A DNA stretch of 50,709 nucleotides, taken from sequence record NC_105617.1; one strand, given 5' to 3'. This DNA is from a phage. Of this stretch, positions 27,751 through 37,089 are shown piece by piece (position 1 is the stretch's first letter; every line of letters begins with the position of its first letter). The notes under the pieces were generated by a model. The model was not told the origin of the DNA, did no database searches, and saw only the letters and a program-made list of their open reading frames with translations. Position numbers and translations under genes: made by a program.

Positions 27751-29769
27751 GTGACAATTAACATCAAAAAGCAAATCGCATTACTTGGCGATGACTATAT
27801 AAAACGCACTCAAGAACGATTCACTGTTGGTGAGGTCGTTCCGTATCCGTACCAGGTTGTTGCTTATGCTGAGATCGCAAAACGCCTATCAAATTACGAG
27901 CATCCATTCTTTGTTAAGGCGTCAGTGTCTGCTGGTAAGACAATCATTTTCGCTATGGTTGCAAAGCAGTGTCAAAAAATGGGCTTAAAAATGCTTGTGC
28001 TGGCTCGCCAGGGTGAGATTGTCGATCAGGATAGCGAAGAGATCGATAACTTCGGGGTAACTAACTCCATATTCTCAGCGTCACTTGGAATCAAGTCCTG
28101 CTACTTCCCGATCGTGGTTGGCTCTGAGGGCACTGTTGCAAATGGTTTAAATAATGAGTTGGCTGATTTTGTCCCTCACGTAATCGGGATAGATGAATGT
28201 CACCAGGTGGATTGGGAAGACCTTGCGCAAGCCATAGACGGAAAGGAAACGATGGAACAGATGCGGGGAGAAAAAGGGAAAATTATCATGGACGGTGATA
28301 TTCCTCTGATTGGTAATGATGGAAAGCCTCTTCTTGGAACTAAGCGCAGTCAGTACACGATCGTAATCATGGAAATGATGCGACGCTGTAAAGAGGTTCA
28401 CGGTCACGACCTTAGAATATTTGGTATGACTGGTTCTGAATTTAGGGGCGTAGTTCCTATTCTTGTTGAGAATCCAAAGGCGTTAGGCTTCTGGCGTGAG
28501 CGCGTTACTGATATAGACACCAACTACCTTATTGAGTTTGGCTCAGTCGTTCCGACTATATTCGGTTCTACGGACGGAGTTCACTACGATCTTGATAAAT
28601 TTAAGGCATCAAGCGAGGATGGGGTACAGGACTTTGCAGAGAAAGATATGAAGGCAATGGAAGATGAGATCCTTCATGATAAATCTCTTACTCAGCGAAT
28701 CATGCAAATGGTTGCCAAAAAGGCTGAAGAGCGTAACGCAGTTCTGATCACATGCGCCGGGGTGCGTCACTGCAAAGAGGCAGCGGCGGCACTACCACCA
28801 GGAAGCACATATGCAATTATTACTGGCGACACAGACACTAAAACGCGCAAGAAGATTCTTGATGATGTTAGGGCCGGGAAAATTAAATACACCTTTCAGG
28901 TCATGGCGCTAACTACTGGCGTTAACGTTCCAAATTGGGATTTCAGTGTAATACTTCGCAAGATAGGATCTCTTACCTTGCTGATTCAGCTTTTGGGTAG
29001 AGGTATGCGACTTCTTAAATCCTGGCAGGTTGCTGAAGGGATGGTTAAGCAAGACCATCTTGTATGGGATTTCGCAGGCACGATGGATGAGTTGGGGCAG
29101 CTTTATTTCGATCCTATACTTGAGCAGGCTCAGTTCCAGAAGCGATTTGAGAACGGAAAAGACCCTAAAACGTGCCCGAAATGTGGTTGCGTAAATAGCT
29201 TCTATGCTCGCCGATGCGTTAACGTTATCGACGGTGAGCGCTGTGATCATTTCTGGACTTCTCAGATTTGCGAGGACCAGGTTGATGAGCGCACTGGGAA
29301 AATTCTTGTCAAAGGGTGCGGTGCCGAGAATGACGTTGTGGCCCGAGTCTGTCGCTGTTGCGATGTTTCTCTTGTTGATCCTAACCTTAAGTTATCCGGT
29401 AAGGCTTACACCAAGAATGACTGGTACGAGGTCAAGAATTTTGAAGTTACGTTAACCAAAAACCAAAAGGGTGTGATATACAAATACACGCTTATTAATG
29501 ATGAGGGTGATGAGTTCAAGGCGTATGAAAAATTCTTCCCTGAGTCAGACTCTAAGATTTGCGGTACGCTATGGAAAACTAAAGGAGTATTACCTCACGT
29601 ATCAGATCCTAAAATGCGTCGATACTTTATCGGAATGAAGAACGCTATCAAGATCGTGCAATACTCTCATCATATAGCGCATCCGGTACGCGTTACTCAT
29701 AGGCGCAACCAGAAGAAGGAAGATATTATTTCACGCAAAGATTTCGGTATGGAGGATATCCCGGAATGA
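27751..29769 (+). CDS. SF2 DEAH-box helicase
   Basis: GTG start; motif I SAGKT, motif II GIDECHQ, motif VI QLLGRGMR; C-terminal Cys-rich zinc-ribbon-like region. Confidence 0.8.
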   Translation: MTINIKKQIALLGDDYIKRTQERFTVGEVVPYPYQVVAYAEIAKRLSNYEHPFFVKASVSAGKTIIFAMVAKQCQKMGLKMLVLARQGEIVDQDSEEIDNFGVTNSIFSASLGIKSCYFPIVVGSEGTVANGLNNELADFVPHVIGIDECHQVDWEDLAQAIDGKETMEQMRGEKGKIIMDGDIPLIGNDGKPLLGTKRSQYTIVIMEMMRRCKEVHGHDLRIFGMTGSEFRGVVPILVENPKALGFWRERVTDIDTNYLIEFGSVVPTIFGSTDGVHYDLDKFKASSEDGVQDFAEKDMKAMEDEILHDKSLTQRIMQMVAKKAEERNAVLITCAGVRHCKEAAAALPPGSTYAIITGDTDTKTRKKILDDVRAGKIKYTFQVMALTTGVNVPNWDFSVILRKIGSLTLLIQLLGRGMRLLKSWQVAEGMVKQDHLVWDFAGTMDELGQLYFDPILEQAQFQKRFENGKDPKTCPKCGCVNSFYARRCVNVIDGERCDHFWTSQICEDQVDERTGKILVKGCGAENDVVARVCRCCDVSLVDPNLKLSGKAYTKNDWYEVKNFEVTLTKNQKGVIYKYTLINDEGDEFKAYEKFFPESDSKICGTLWKTKGVLPHVSDPKMRRYFIGMKNAIKIVQYSHHIAHPVRVTHRRNQKKEDIISRKDFGMEDIPE

Positions 29770-30182
29770 TTACAGATAAAGGCGATTACTTAGAGTTTTA
29801 CGAGCGAGATCCTAGCGACACGAGAAAGGAGGACGCTCATCAAGTAGACTGCGTGTCTTGGTTGAAATACAATTTTCCTCAGCTTCTATTTTGGCACACA
29901 GTTAACGAAGGTGAAAAAACAATCACATCGGCGCTCAGGGACGAGCAAGCCGGATTGCTTAAAGGTGTTTCGGACTTCGTTATCCTGATTGGTGTAAACT
30001 CACGTTACCCGTTCGCAGCTATCGAACTCAAACGGGTTAATAAGTCCGGCAAGGGAAAGGCGTCACCAGTCAGCGATAAGCAAAGGGAGTTTCTCAAAAA
30101 GGTTCGGGATCGCGGTGGATTCTCTGCCGTTGCATACGGATTTGAGCAATTCAAGCTGGCAATATACGATTTAACTAAATAG
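29766..30182 (+). CDS. VRR-NUC domain nuclease
   Basis: 138 aa with D...ELK signature (SDFVILIG...AIELK) typical of VRR-NUC PD-(D/E)xK nucleases; overlaps helicase stop. Confidence 0.55.
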   Translation: MITDKGDYLEFYERDPSDTRKEDAHQVDCVSWLKYNFPQLLFWHTVNEGEKTITSALRDEQAGLLKGVSDFVILIGVNSRYPFAAIELKRVNKSGKGKASPVSDKQREFLKKVRDRGGFSAVAYGFEQFKLAIYDLTK

Positions 30183-30228
30183 CACTTTTTGTTAAAACTG
30201 CCTGAATGGAATCTGGCATTATTATCCC
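30180..30228 (+). promoter_or_regulatory. Box-hairpin-(-10) cassette upstream of dam
   Basis: TAG stop of upstream gene = box start; ttgtta + 22 nt + CATTAT; near-duplicate of minus cassette 40057-40099. Confidence 0.5.
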
Positions 30229-30249
30229 ACCGAAACGAGAGGATTAAAA

Positions 30250-30963
30250 ATGAAAGACTTTAAAGATATCGAAACAATCGACTTTGCAGAAACCGGGTGC
30301 TCATTCACTCGCGAAGCAATAGCATCAGGCGGTTATTATCAAGCATTGAAAACGCCAACCTGCAAAGAGATTTCAGGACGTCGATACAAGGGAACAAATA
30401 CACCTGACGCAGTTCGTGATTTATGGTCAACCCCACGCGAGGTTATCGCATACCTTGAGGGTCGCTACGGAAAATATGATCTCGACGCTGCGGCAAGCGA
30501 AGAAAATAAAGTTTGCGAGAAGTTTTATTCCCAGGAAACAAACTGCTTAAAACGTTGGTGGGGTAAAAATAAGCACGTATGGTTAAACCCTCCTTACAGT
30601 CGACCTGATATATTCGTCAAGAAAGCGATTGAGCAAATGGAGCACAACAACCAGATCGATATTCTTTTACCTGCCGATAACTCGACTGCGTGGTTTACTG
30701 AGGCTCGACAGCACGCGGCTGAAATCATCTGGATTGAAGCTGATTTGACTGAGGATATTGACGGCAATGAATACGCACGATCCGGTCGCTTGGCTTTCAT
30801 ATCCGGTGAAACTGGAAAGGCGGTTGACGGCAATAACAAAGGTTCGGTAATTTTCATTATGCGCGAACTTAAAGAGGGTGAGACACAGCAAACTCACTAT
30901 ATCCCAATCACAAGCATTTGCCCTTCGGTGAAAAACAAGCGCGCAAAAGTGAGGAAAGTATGA
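30250..30963 (+). CDS. dam: DNA N6-adenine methyltransferase (phage Dam family)
   Basis: 237 aa; catalytic NPPY motif (WLNPPYS); architecture of phage orphan Dam enzymes. Confidence 0.8.
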   Translation: MKDFKDIETIDFAETGCSFTREAIASGGYYQALKTPTCKEISGRRYKGTNTPDAVRDLWSTPREVIAYLEGRYGKYDLDAAASEENKVCEKFYSQETNCLKRWWGKNKHVWLNPPYSRPDIFVKKAIEQMEHNNQIDILLPADNSTAWFTEARQHAAEIIWIEADLTEDIDGNEYARSGRLAFISGETGKAVDGNNKGSVIFIMRELKEGETQQTHYIPITSICPSVKNKRAKVRKV

Positions 30964-31211
30964 TGAACGATAAAATGATTCCGGTTAAGTTAACTGATCA
31001 AGGTTTATGGCTGCTTTATCGAGCTACCTGCTGCGAAATTATGGAGAGAAACGGATTGACTCAGGATGTTATTGGTTGCGATCTGTGGGAGTTCACTAGT
31101 TCTCTTGATATGTCTTTCGACGAGATAAAAAGTGAATGCATAGAGAATTGGCCTTCAATCATACAGAAAGACGTGGAAGAACTTAAAGCTGATACAATCG
31201 TAAAGCACTAA
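30960..31211 (+). CDS. Hypothetical protein
   Basis: ATGA overlap with dam stop, RBS GAGGAAAG; 83 aa. Confidence 0.4.
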   Translation: MMNDKMIPVKLTDQGLWLLYRATCCEIMERNGLTQDVIGCDLWEFTSSLDMSFDEIKSECIENWPSIIQKDVEELKADTIVKH

Positions 31212-31250
31212 TTGCTAAAAATACCCGGCGAAAGTCGGGTATAGTTATTT
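31204..31250 (+). promoter_or_regulatory. Box-hairpin-(-10) cassette
   Basis: agcacTAAttgctaaaaa + 22 nt + TATAGT; hairpin tacccg/cgggta. Confidence 0.5.
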
Positions 31251-31277
31251 CATCAAAACGAAATGAGGAATCAGAAG

Positions 31278-31487
31278 ATGGCACGCATTAACGCAAACTT
31301 TTTCAATATCGCTCAACAGTCAGCAAAGATGGCTGTTCATATCACTGACAAGAAAGGCGGCAACTTTGATTGGGATATTGCCATGAACTTCCTTAAAATG
31401 GCTTACTACCTCTGCTCAGTCAAAGATGTTGAGTGTTTTATTGAAAGCGTGGAGAAACTAACCGATGCTTATAAAAAAACAAGGTAA
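31278..31487 (+). CDS. Hypothetical protein
   Basis: 69 aa behind a box-hairpin promoter cassette; RBS GAGGA. Confidence 0.4.
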   Translation: MARINANFFNIAQQSAKMAVHITDKKGGNFDWDIAMNFLKMAYYLCSVKDVECFIESVEKLTDAYKKTR

Positions 31488-31737
31488 ACGAGAGGTTTGG
31501 GAGCACGCGAAGGAATGCGGAATATCAGACGATATAGCACTAATAGCAAAATATTTCGATATAAAGGATGTTAGCATTATCTCAAATGGCAAGATTTCAT
31601 TTATGGAGGATATGCCGAGAAAAATGCATAGAGTGCCAGCAACTCCGTCACTTGAGTTTTATCGTGAAGAGGGAAAGAGAATTGATCGAGAACGAAAAAC
31701 AGCAAAGAACAACAAGTCTTCCAGGCTTAAACATTAA
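31465..31737 (+). CDS. Hypothetical protein
   Basis: 90-aa ORF overlapping upstream gene end; basic C-terminus. Confidence 0.35.
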   Translation: MLIKKQGKREVWEHAKECGISDDIALIAKYFDIKDVSIISNGKISFMEDMPRKMHRVPATPSLEFYREEGKRIDRERKTAKNNKSSRLKH

Positions 31738-31969
31738 CGAAGACGATTACCAGACCATATGGATCGGAAAGAAGCAGGTTAAGCAAATCCCTTTCTCTGA
31801 TTGGTTGCCTCCTGACTTCGTTAACGTGCTGTGTACCATAGGGATCGATCAGGAATTGCATATAGGTTATTACTCACCTGGTCGAAACAGTATGATGCTT
31901 GAGGTTGACGGAAAGCTAGTTGAGTTTAAATCGTCAGATCTAGGATTCTGGTTAAAGGCTGTGGCATGA
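31682..31969 (+). CDS. Hypothetical protein (start uncertain)
   Basis: Open frame 31568-31969 overlaps the previous ORF in another frame; unique coding part 31738-31969; possible TTG start at 31682. Confidence 0.3.
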   Translation: MIENEKQQRTTSLPGLNINEDDYQTIWIGKKQVKQIPFSDWLPPDFVNVLCTIGIDQELHIGYYSPGRNSMMLEVDGKLVEFKSSDLGFWLKAVA

Positions 31970-32047
31970 ATCTTTATTTTGCTGTAGTATTAACACCGCT
32001 AATTTCATTTTCAGTAATGTATTTCATTATCATGTAAGGATTAAAAT

Positions 32048-33199
32048 ATGTCACAAGCTAAAATCACTACCGAGCAACTTATTGAAGAGCGCATGAGCGG
32101 ACTTACACTTCGCGAGATTGCGGAAAAGTACGGCATGCACATTCGCACTGTTGAAGCTCGTCACGCAAAACTTGCAAAGGAAGGTCACTTCCACGGTAAC
32201 GAGCATGTTGCTAAGAACGTACCGGAAGGATTCATGGTAAAAGGCACATCAACGATGATTCGCGGCGATGGGACCGAGGTAGTGCGATGGGTTAAGACCG
32301 ATCAGGACCGTGAGAAGATTGCGGCAATGATGGAAGCAGCGCGTATTGCATTCTGTGAAGACTTGCCGAGAGCAAAACCAACTGAGCTACTCACATCGCA
32401 AGGGCTTACAACCGCTATTGGCAAGCTGGCACTCTACCCGGTGTTCGATCTTCACATTGGCGCGCTCGCTCACAAGCATGAATGCGGAGAGAACTACTCT
32501 ACAGACGTAGCGGAAAAAGTGCTGAATGACTTCTTTAACTACGCGATCGATATTGCCCCGAACGCAGAGAAGGCTGTTCTGTTAATCGGCGGCGACTTCC
32601 TTCACTCAGACGGTCTTGATTCTGTTACCCCGGCAAGCGGTCACGTTCTGGATCAGGATTCACGATATGCGAAATTGGTGCATGTGGCTATTCGATCGGT
32701 GCGAAGAGCTATCGACAAAATGCTGACTAAACACAAAGAGGTCGAAGTTCAGGTTATCGAAGGGAACCACGACCAGGCCGGAATGATTTGGCTACGCGCT
32801 GCAATGGCTGCATACTATGAGGACGAGCCGCGAGTATTCGTTGACGTTAGTCCTATGATTCTGCATAAGACCCGCTGGGGAAATACCTTGTTGGGATACA
32901 CTCACGGTCACACGATGAAAAAGGCAGACACGCGACTTGCAGCGATGGCGGCAGACTTCCGTGCAGACTTCGGTGAAAGCAAATACGTGTATACTCACAG
33001 TGGACACTGGCACCATCAAACAATCACAGAACACTCGTTAGGTATTGATGAGGTTCACGGGCAGTTAGGCGCGAAAGATGCATACGCCGCGCGAGGCGGG
33101 TGGCGCTCATATCGCCAGGCGGCGGTAATCGTTTACGATAAACAGTTTGGTGAAATCGGTCGATTCATCTATCGTCCAGAAATGACAGGATCGCACTAA
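32048..33199 (+). CDS. Calcineurin-like metallophosphoesterase with N-terminal HTH (sigma70 region 4-like)
   Basis: Motifs DLH, GGDFLHSDG, GNHD, GHTH/GHWH; N-terminal LTLREIAEKYGMHIRTVEARHAKL resembles sigma-70 region 4.2 / LuxR-type HTH. Confidence 0.6.
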   Translation: MSQAKITTEQLIEERMSGLTLREIAEKYGMHIRTVEARHAKLAKEGHFHGNEHVAKNVPEGFMVKGTSTMIRGDGTEVVRWVKTDQDREKIAAMMEAARIAFCEDLPRAKPTELLTSQGLTTAIGKLALYPVFDLHIGALAHKHECGENYSTDVAEKVLNDFFNYAIDIAPNAEKAVLLIGGDFLHSDGLDSVTPASGHVLDQDSRYAKLVHVAIRSVRRAIDKMLTKHKEVEVQVIEGNHDQAGMIWLRAAMAAYYEDEPRVFVDVSPMILHKTRWGNTLLGYTHGHTMKKADTRLAAMAADFRADFGESKYVYTHSGHWHHQTITEHSLGIDEVHGQLGAKDAYAARGGWRSYRQAAVIVYDKQFGEIGRFIYRPEMTGSH

Positions 33200-33235
33200 T
33201 CGCCAAAAACTCCCGAAGGGATTCGGGTATATTGA
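33192..33235 (+). promoter_or_regulatory. Box-hairpin-(-10) cassette (degenerate box)
   Basis: cgcacTAAtcgccaaaaac + 22 nt + TATATT; hairpin cccgaa/ttcggg. Confidence 0.45.
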
Positions 33236-33262
33236 CCACATAGAAAACAAAGAGGGTATTTC

Positions 33263-33439
33263 ATGAAACGAGTTAAGTGCATCCGAAATGATTCCAAAAC
33301 GCTTCCATTCCGCGTAAATCAGATCTATAGTGTTGGTTATGATTTCGGAGGTGGATTGTTTGAGATTTACGATGGTAGAGGTTCAACAATACAAGCTCCT
33401 CTGAACGGTCATTACCTAGAATTTATTGAGCTAGATTAA
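33263..33439 (+). CDS. Small hypothetical protein
   Basis: 58-aa ORF below track cutoff with RBS AGAGGG, own promoter cassette upstream and hairpin terminator downstream. Confidence 0.35.
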   Translation: MKRVKCIRNDSKTLPFRVNQIYSVGYDFGGGLFEIYDGRGSTIQAPLNGHYLEFIELD

Positions 33440-33461
33440 CAATATCATTCATAACCTTACG

Positions 33462-33491
33462 GGCTGGCATGGTTTACATGCTGGCCTTTTT
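33462..33491 (+). terminator. Terminator-like hairpin after small ORF
   Basis: ggctggcatg-gttta-catgctggcc (two G-T pairs) plus T5. Confidence 0.4.
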
Positions 33492-33557
33492 GCGTTGTAT
33501 CAAGTAAATTTGAAGGTTAAAATCAACTCACTTGTTCAAAAAATATATGGTGAGATT

Positions 33558-33773
33558 ATGAAAGAATTTTTAACAGCGGCTACGTCAAGCACGGGAGGCG
33601 CTTCATTGGTAGGGGCGGCGACAGGGCAACTTTATATTGCTGGCGCTACATTCATTTGCTTTCTGCTTTTTGGTGCATGGGGCGCATACTGGAAGTATCG
33701 TGATAGTAAGGCAATTCAGGAAGCGTTAAACGATGGCGATCTAAATAAGGCGCTTAAGATCAGGGGGAGATAA
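33558..33773 (+). CDS. Holin (putative pinholin)
   Basis: 71 aa with Gly/Ala-rich weak TM followed by hydrophobic TM ([31 protein letters not shown]), charged C-terminus; TAATG overlap with endolysin. Confidence 0.5.
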   Translation: MKEFLTAATSSTGGASLVGAATGQLYIAGATFICFLLFGAWGAYWKYRDSKAIQEALNDGDLNKALKIRGR

Positions 33774-34261
33774 TGAGCTTAAAAAATAACGTTATAGGCG
33801 CATCGATCGGGGCCGCTTTGACGTTGACGCCTACCCTGCTGGAACGAATCGAAGGGATAGAATACGAAGTGTATTACGATATAGCTGGAGTACCTACCGT
33901 ATGCAGCGGAATAACCGGGCCGGACGTCATACCTGGCAAGAAATACACTAAGCGAGAATGCGATGCATTACTGATAAAGCATATAGGCGTCGCTCAGCGA
34001 TACGTTGACAAGAAGGTTAAGGTTGAAATTCCGGTAACGATGCGCGCCTCACTCTACAGCTTTACTTTCAACGTTGGTACTAGCGCATTCGGATCTTCCA
34101 CAATGCTTAAGCTAATCAATCAGGGTAAGCACAAGGAGGCGTGCAATCAGTTATGGCGATGGGTATACTACTACAATCCAAAAACAAAAAAGCGCGAAGT
34201 ATCGAGAGGCATAAAGAATCGACGCGCTGAAGAATACGCGTATTGCGTTAAGGAATTATGA
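33773..34261 (+). CDS. SAR endolysin (lysozyme, T4 E / P21 R-type)
   Basis: Gly/Ala-rich N-terminal signal-anchor-release segment; catalytic region [20 protein letters not shown]...[10 protein letters not shown]...[10 protein letters not shown] closely matches the P21-type SAR lysozyme pattern as recalled. Confidence 0.85.
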   Translation: MSLKNNVIGASIGAALTLTPTLLERIEGIEYEVYYDIAGVPTVCSGITGPDVIPGKKYTKRECDALLIKHIGVAQRYVDKKVKVEIPVTMRASLYSFTFNVGTSAFGSSTMLKLINQGKHKEACNQLWRWVYYYNPKTKKREVSRGIKNRRAEEYAYCVKEL

Positions 34262-34662
34262 TGAAACTGAAGAAAACTTGCATTGCAGTTACTATTGCTG
34301 TTGGCGTTATTTCTCTATCAGGCTGTTCTGCGGCATCTGCCCTGAGCGGTTTAATTGGATCTAAACCGGAAGTTACGGCGCAGATTGGAGAGGAGAACAC
34401 AAAGCAATTAGCAGGAGTAACCGCAAAATCCGAAGATAAGAGAGATGTTAAAGTTGAGAAGTCCAATGTAGGAAAGGTTGACTCTTCCGTGAAAAAATCA
34501 ATTGAAGTGTCAACCATTAAGGCCAACACAGTTAACGCTGAAAGCATCACAGTCACTAAGCCTGGTAATTGGTACGACGCAATTGTAGGGTGGACTCTCG
34601 TTTTTATTGGCCTGTTGATGGTTTATTTTTCAATTCGTAAGTACGAAAAAAAGGAGGCGTAA
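34258..34662 (+). CDS. Unimolecular spanin (T1 gp11-like)
   Basis: N-terminal lipoprotein signal with lipobox LSGC plus C-terminal transmembrane helix ([13 protein letters not shown]) in one 134-aa protein; last gene of lysis cassette. Confidence 0.7.
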   Translation: MMKLKKTCIAVTIAVGVISLSGCSAASALSGLIGSKPEVTAQIGEENTKQLAGVTAKSEDKRDVKVEKSNVGKVDSSVKKSIEVSTIKANTVNAESITVTKPGNWYDAIVGWTLVFIGLLMVYFSIRKYEKKEA

Positions 34663-34678
34663 GCCTCCTTTCTTTTAT
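34644..34678. terminator. Bidirectional intrinsic terminator between lysis cassette and minus-strand block
   Basis: aggaggc-gtaa-gcctcct hairpin flanked by A8 and T-rich run. Confidence 0.6.
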
Positions 34679-34890
34679 GCATCAGCCCACATGTAACTTT
34701 CGTTCGTGAGTTTTGCGTATTCGCGAACCTCAATCTCGCAGGTGTCGCCGTACATCTCAGCGACCTTCTTCTCGTTCGCTACCGCCGTTTCTTCAGTCCA
34801 TCCATCAGCCTTGCTGTAAAGTGTAGGAATCTCACTGCTAGTGCCGTTAGAGTGGTTGTAAACGCGAACTACTAAAAATTTGTTAGCCAT
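34675..34890 (-). CDS. Hypothetical protein
   Basis: 71-aa ORF behind a minus-strand box-hairpin cassette; ends at a bidirectional terminator. Confidence 0.45.
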   Translation of the reverse strand: MANKFLVVRVYNHSNGTSSEIPTLYSKADGWTEETAVANEKKVAEMYGDTCEIEVREYAKLTNESYMWADA

Positions 34891-34927
34891 GATGTTTTCC
34901 TTCAGGTCGTTTCATTTCGATGAAACA

Positions 34928-34970
34928 AATATACCCGATACGAGATCGGGTGTTTTAACAAAAAGTGCTA
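34928..34970 (-). promoter_or_regulatory. Box-hairpin-(-10) cassette (minus)
   Basis: Minus strand tagcactttttgttaaaac + 22 nt + TATATT; hairpin cccgat/atcggg. Confidence 0.5.
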
Positions 34971-35079
34971 TTTGTACCTTTTCACATGAAGGAGCAACTC
35001 GCCATCCTGATCGCAAAGATTGTGTTCGCTGTCATTGTTGGCCCTCATTGAAGTAAGTAACAGGCTGAGTAACCCCTGT

Positions 35080-35487
35080 TCAAATTCTTCCTTTGTAAGC
35101 TGGAGTCTTGCGCACAATTCGACGTTCCGATCTATCAATGTTTCTACGTTCGCCAAACAAATCCTCATCACTCATCTCTCCAATGTGCATCATTTCCCAC
35201 GTATACCGATTGCTGTAGCCATCAATACACAACAGCTTCATCATTACCGGGCGCTTAATCTTTCCCTTGCACCAGTAAACACCATCCTTGCGATCCAAGT
35301 AACCCTCAGTCACGCAACGAGAGCAAAACTCCTTAGATAGCGCACTTGTAAATTCACGGTGAGTCATTCCAGCAGCCTTAGCAAATCGCTCACTTTCCTT
35401 GTGGGCGTATATAAATTTCGCTATGTGCTGTCGGGTGTATTTGTCGTAACCTTCGCAGAACCTGAACAGATCTAAAAGAAGCAGCAT
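35080..35487 (-). CDS. Hypothetical protein, possible winged-helix DNA-binding
   Basis: 135 aa; segment ERFAKAAGMTHREFTSALSKEF...GYLDRKDGVYW has HTH-like character; directly downstream of the P-loop NTPase gene. Confidence 0.35.
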   Translation of the reverse strand: MLLLLDLFRFCEGYDKYTRQHIAKFIYAHKESERFAKAAGMTHREFTSALSKEFCSRCVTEGYLDRKDGVYWCKGKIKRPVMMKLLCIDGYSNRYTWEMMHIGEMSDEDLFGERRNIDRSERRIVRKTPAYKGRI

Positions 35488-35491
35488 ATCA

Positions 35492-37060
35492 TTAACCCAT
35501 CAGTCTAGGATTGATGAAAACAATATCATCAATGCGGCAAGTGTAGTTCATCTCTTCGAGCGTGATCAGCAGGCTATCGATTCGCTCAGATACTTTCTGT
35601 TGACCGTTGAACGGAGTAACGTTCCGGCACTTTGCAACGATGCTATGAATAGGAGCGCGCCCTTTATTCTTCTTTGCGATCTCAGTGATAACATCAATCA
35701 GCTTACGAGATTCAGCCTCATCACCAGCATACCCGGCAGCGCTGGCAGACGACAGATAAGTTCTGGAAAGCTCATTGAAGATCATGATCGCTTCCTGCAT
35801 TGTTTCAAGGTCAATCTCACGGTTGGAACGGTTCGGTGATTCACCCTCCCAATTCTTGATCGTGTGGAGAACTGAAGCAATACGCAATGCGTGCTTATCG
35901 AACTTACCGAGATGACCGCGTAGCATTGAGTGCGAGTATTTGCCACCTGCGGCGAAATCCGGCTCCATTGCCTGACGTGCAAGGTTTAATTCACGCATAG
36001 CATTACGACTTACAGAAAGAACAACGTTTTCCTCCTTCATAATATTGTGCACAAGTCGATAATATTTACTCACCAATCCTCGATCGACTTCCTTGTACAG
36101 TGCATCACCATTTTCATCGCAAAGGATACGAGTACCTAAAAGAGGTTCCTCACGAACAAGAAGGAAACGCTCAGATACACCGATACCTCGTTGGCCTGCG
36201 TCCATGATACCTTTGATTGTTTCATCCTGCGCAATAACGCAGATGGAACCGACAGGGCAAAGGGACAAGTTGTTATCCTGGTTGGAACGCGCTACCTCCA
36301 TATGGTTTTTATCCCACGCCTTAAGGATAAGCTCACTATTTGATTTCTTGTCTGAACCACCATAAGTCAGGCCGAGCAATGTATTGATTGCTGTCGCCTC
36401 ATCAGAGATTACTGAGAAGTGACCTTGAACAGCCGCCACCTTCGCAAGACCTTCAGGTGTAGGATCTGATACCGCGAAAACAATATCAGCCATCTTCTTG
36501 ATCTTCTCTTCCAGTTTTTCTTTGTCTTCGTACAGCGCCGCCGTCGTGTTACCCTTCGGGTCGTTTTTAATTTCCTTCTCGACCTGACGTAGCTGACTGG
36601 TTAAGCGGATACGCTCCTTTTTTCTCTCTTCGTTCAGTCGCTGAATTTCTGCACGCATAGGCGTAATCGCTGCGGAGTTAATCGCAGATTTACCTGTTGA
36701 CGGTGGCTGGCTGATTACCATGTAAAGAGCGGTGGGTTGTTCTTCTCCGTGATATTGCACCCAAAACTTCCCGAGCATCGCGGCTGAGATGCACCCAATG
36801 AAATGAGCGTACGCAGACGAAACAGGGAACTGTACAGACTCAGCCTTTGCTTTTGCATATTCGAATACCAGGTTATCGCCACCTAGCGAAATCAGAGGGA
36901 ACTTATCGTTGCCGCTATTGATATCGATCGGATCTTGCCAAAATGAAACTGAGTCACCATAGCTGTTTTCACGAATTGCGATTGCCACCGGATTAACTCC
37001 AGTGCTATTGGCGATCTCAATAATCTGTTGGTAATTCAGTTTTGGCTTAATATTAAACAT
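35492..37060 (-). CDS. P-loop NTPase (putative replication/helicase-associated)
   Basis: Start at ATG 37060 with RBS AAGGAG; Walker A PPSTGKSA and Walker B-like VIAQDE separated by a coiled-coil insertion. Confidence 0.45.
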   Translation of the reverse strand: MFNIKPKLNYQQIIEIANSTGVNPVAIAIRENSYGDSVSFWQDPIDINSGNDKFPLISLGGDNLVFEYAKAKAESVQFPVSSAYAHFIGCISAAMLGKFWVQYHGEEQPTALYMVISQPPSTGKSAINSAAITPMRAEIQRLNEERKKERIRLTSQLRQVEKEIKNDPKGNTTAALYEDKEKLEEKIKKMADIVFAVSDPTPEGLAKVAAVQGHFSVISDEATAINTLLGLTYGGSDKKSNSELILKAWDKNHMEVARSNQDNNLSLCPVGSICVIAQDETIKGIMDAGQRGIGVSERFLLVREEPLLGTRILCDENGDALYKEVDRGLVSKYYRLVHNIMKEENVVLSVSRNAMRELNLARQAMEPDFAAGGKYSHSMLRGHLGKFDKHALRIASVLHTIKNWEGESPNRSNREIDLETMQEAIMIFNELSRTYLSSASAAGYAGDEAESRKLIDVITEIAKKNKGRAPIHSIVAKCRNVTPFNGQQKVSERIDSLLITLEEMNYTCRIDDIVFINPRLMG

Positions 37061-37089
37061 CACAATAAACTCCTTAGTTGACGGTGTAA

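Noticed and set aside
34968-35171. 67-aa minus-strand ORF overlapping the 35080-35487 gene
   Set aside because: Overlaps the better-supported 135-aa gene in another frame and would run into the promoter cassette at 34928-34970.
32048-37060. SbcCD-like nuclease pair formed by the metallophosphoesterase and the P-loop NTPase
   Set aside because: The genes are 2 kb apart on opposite strands in different transcription units, and the NTPase coiled-coil is far shorter than in SbcC/Rad50.
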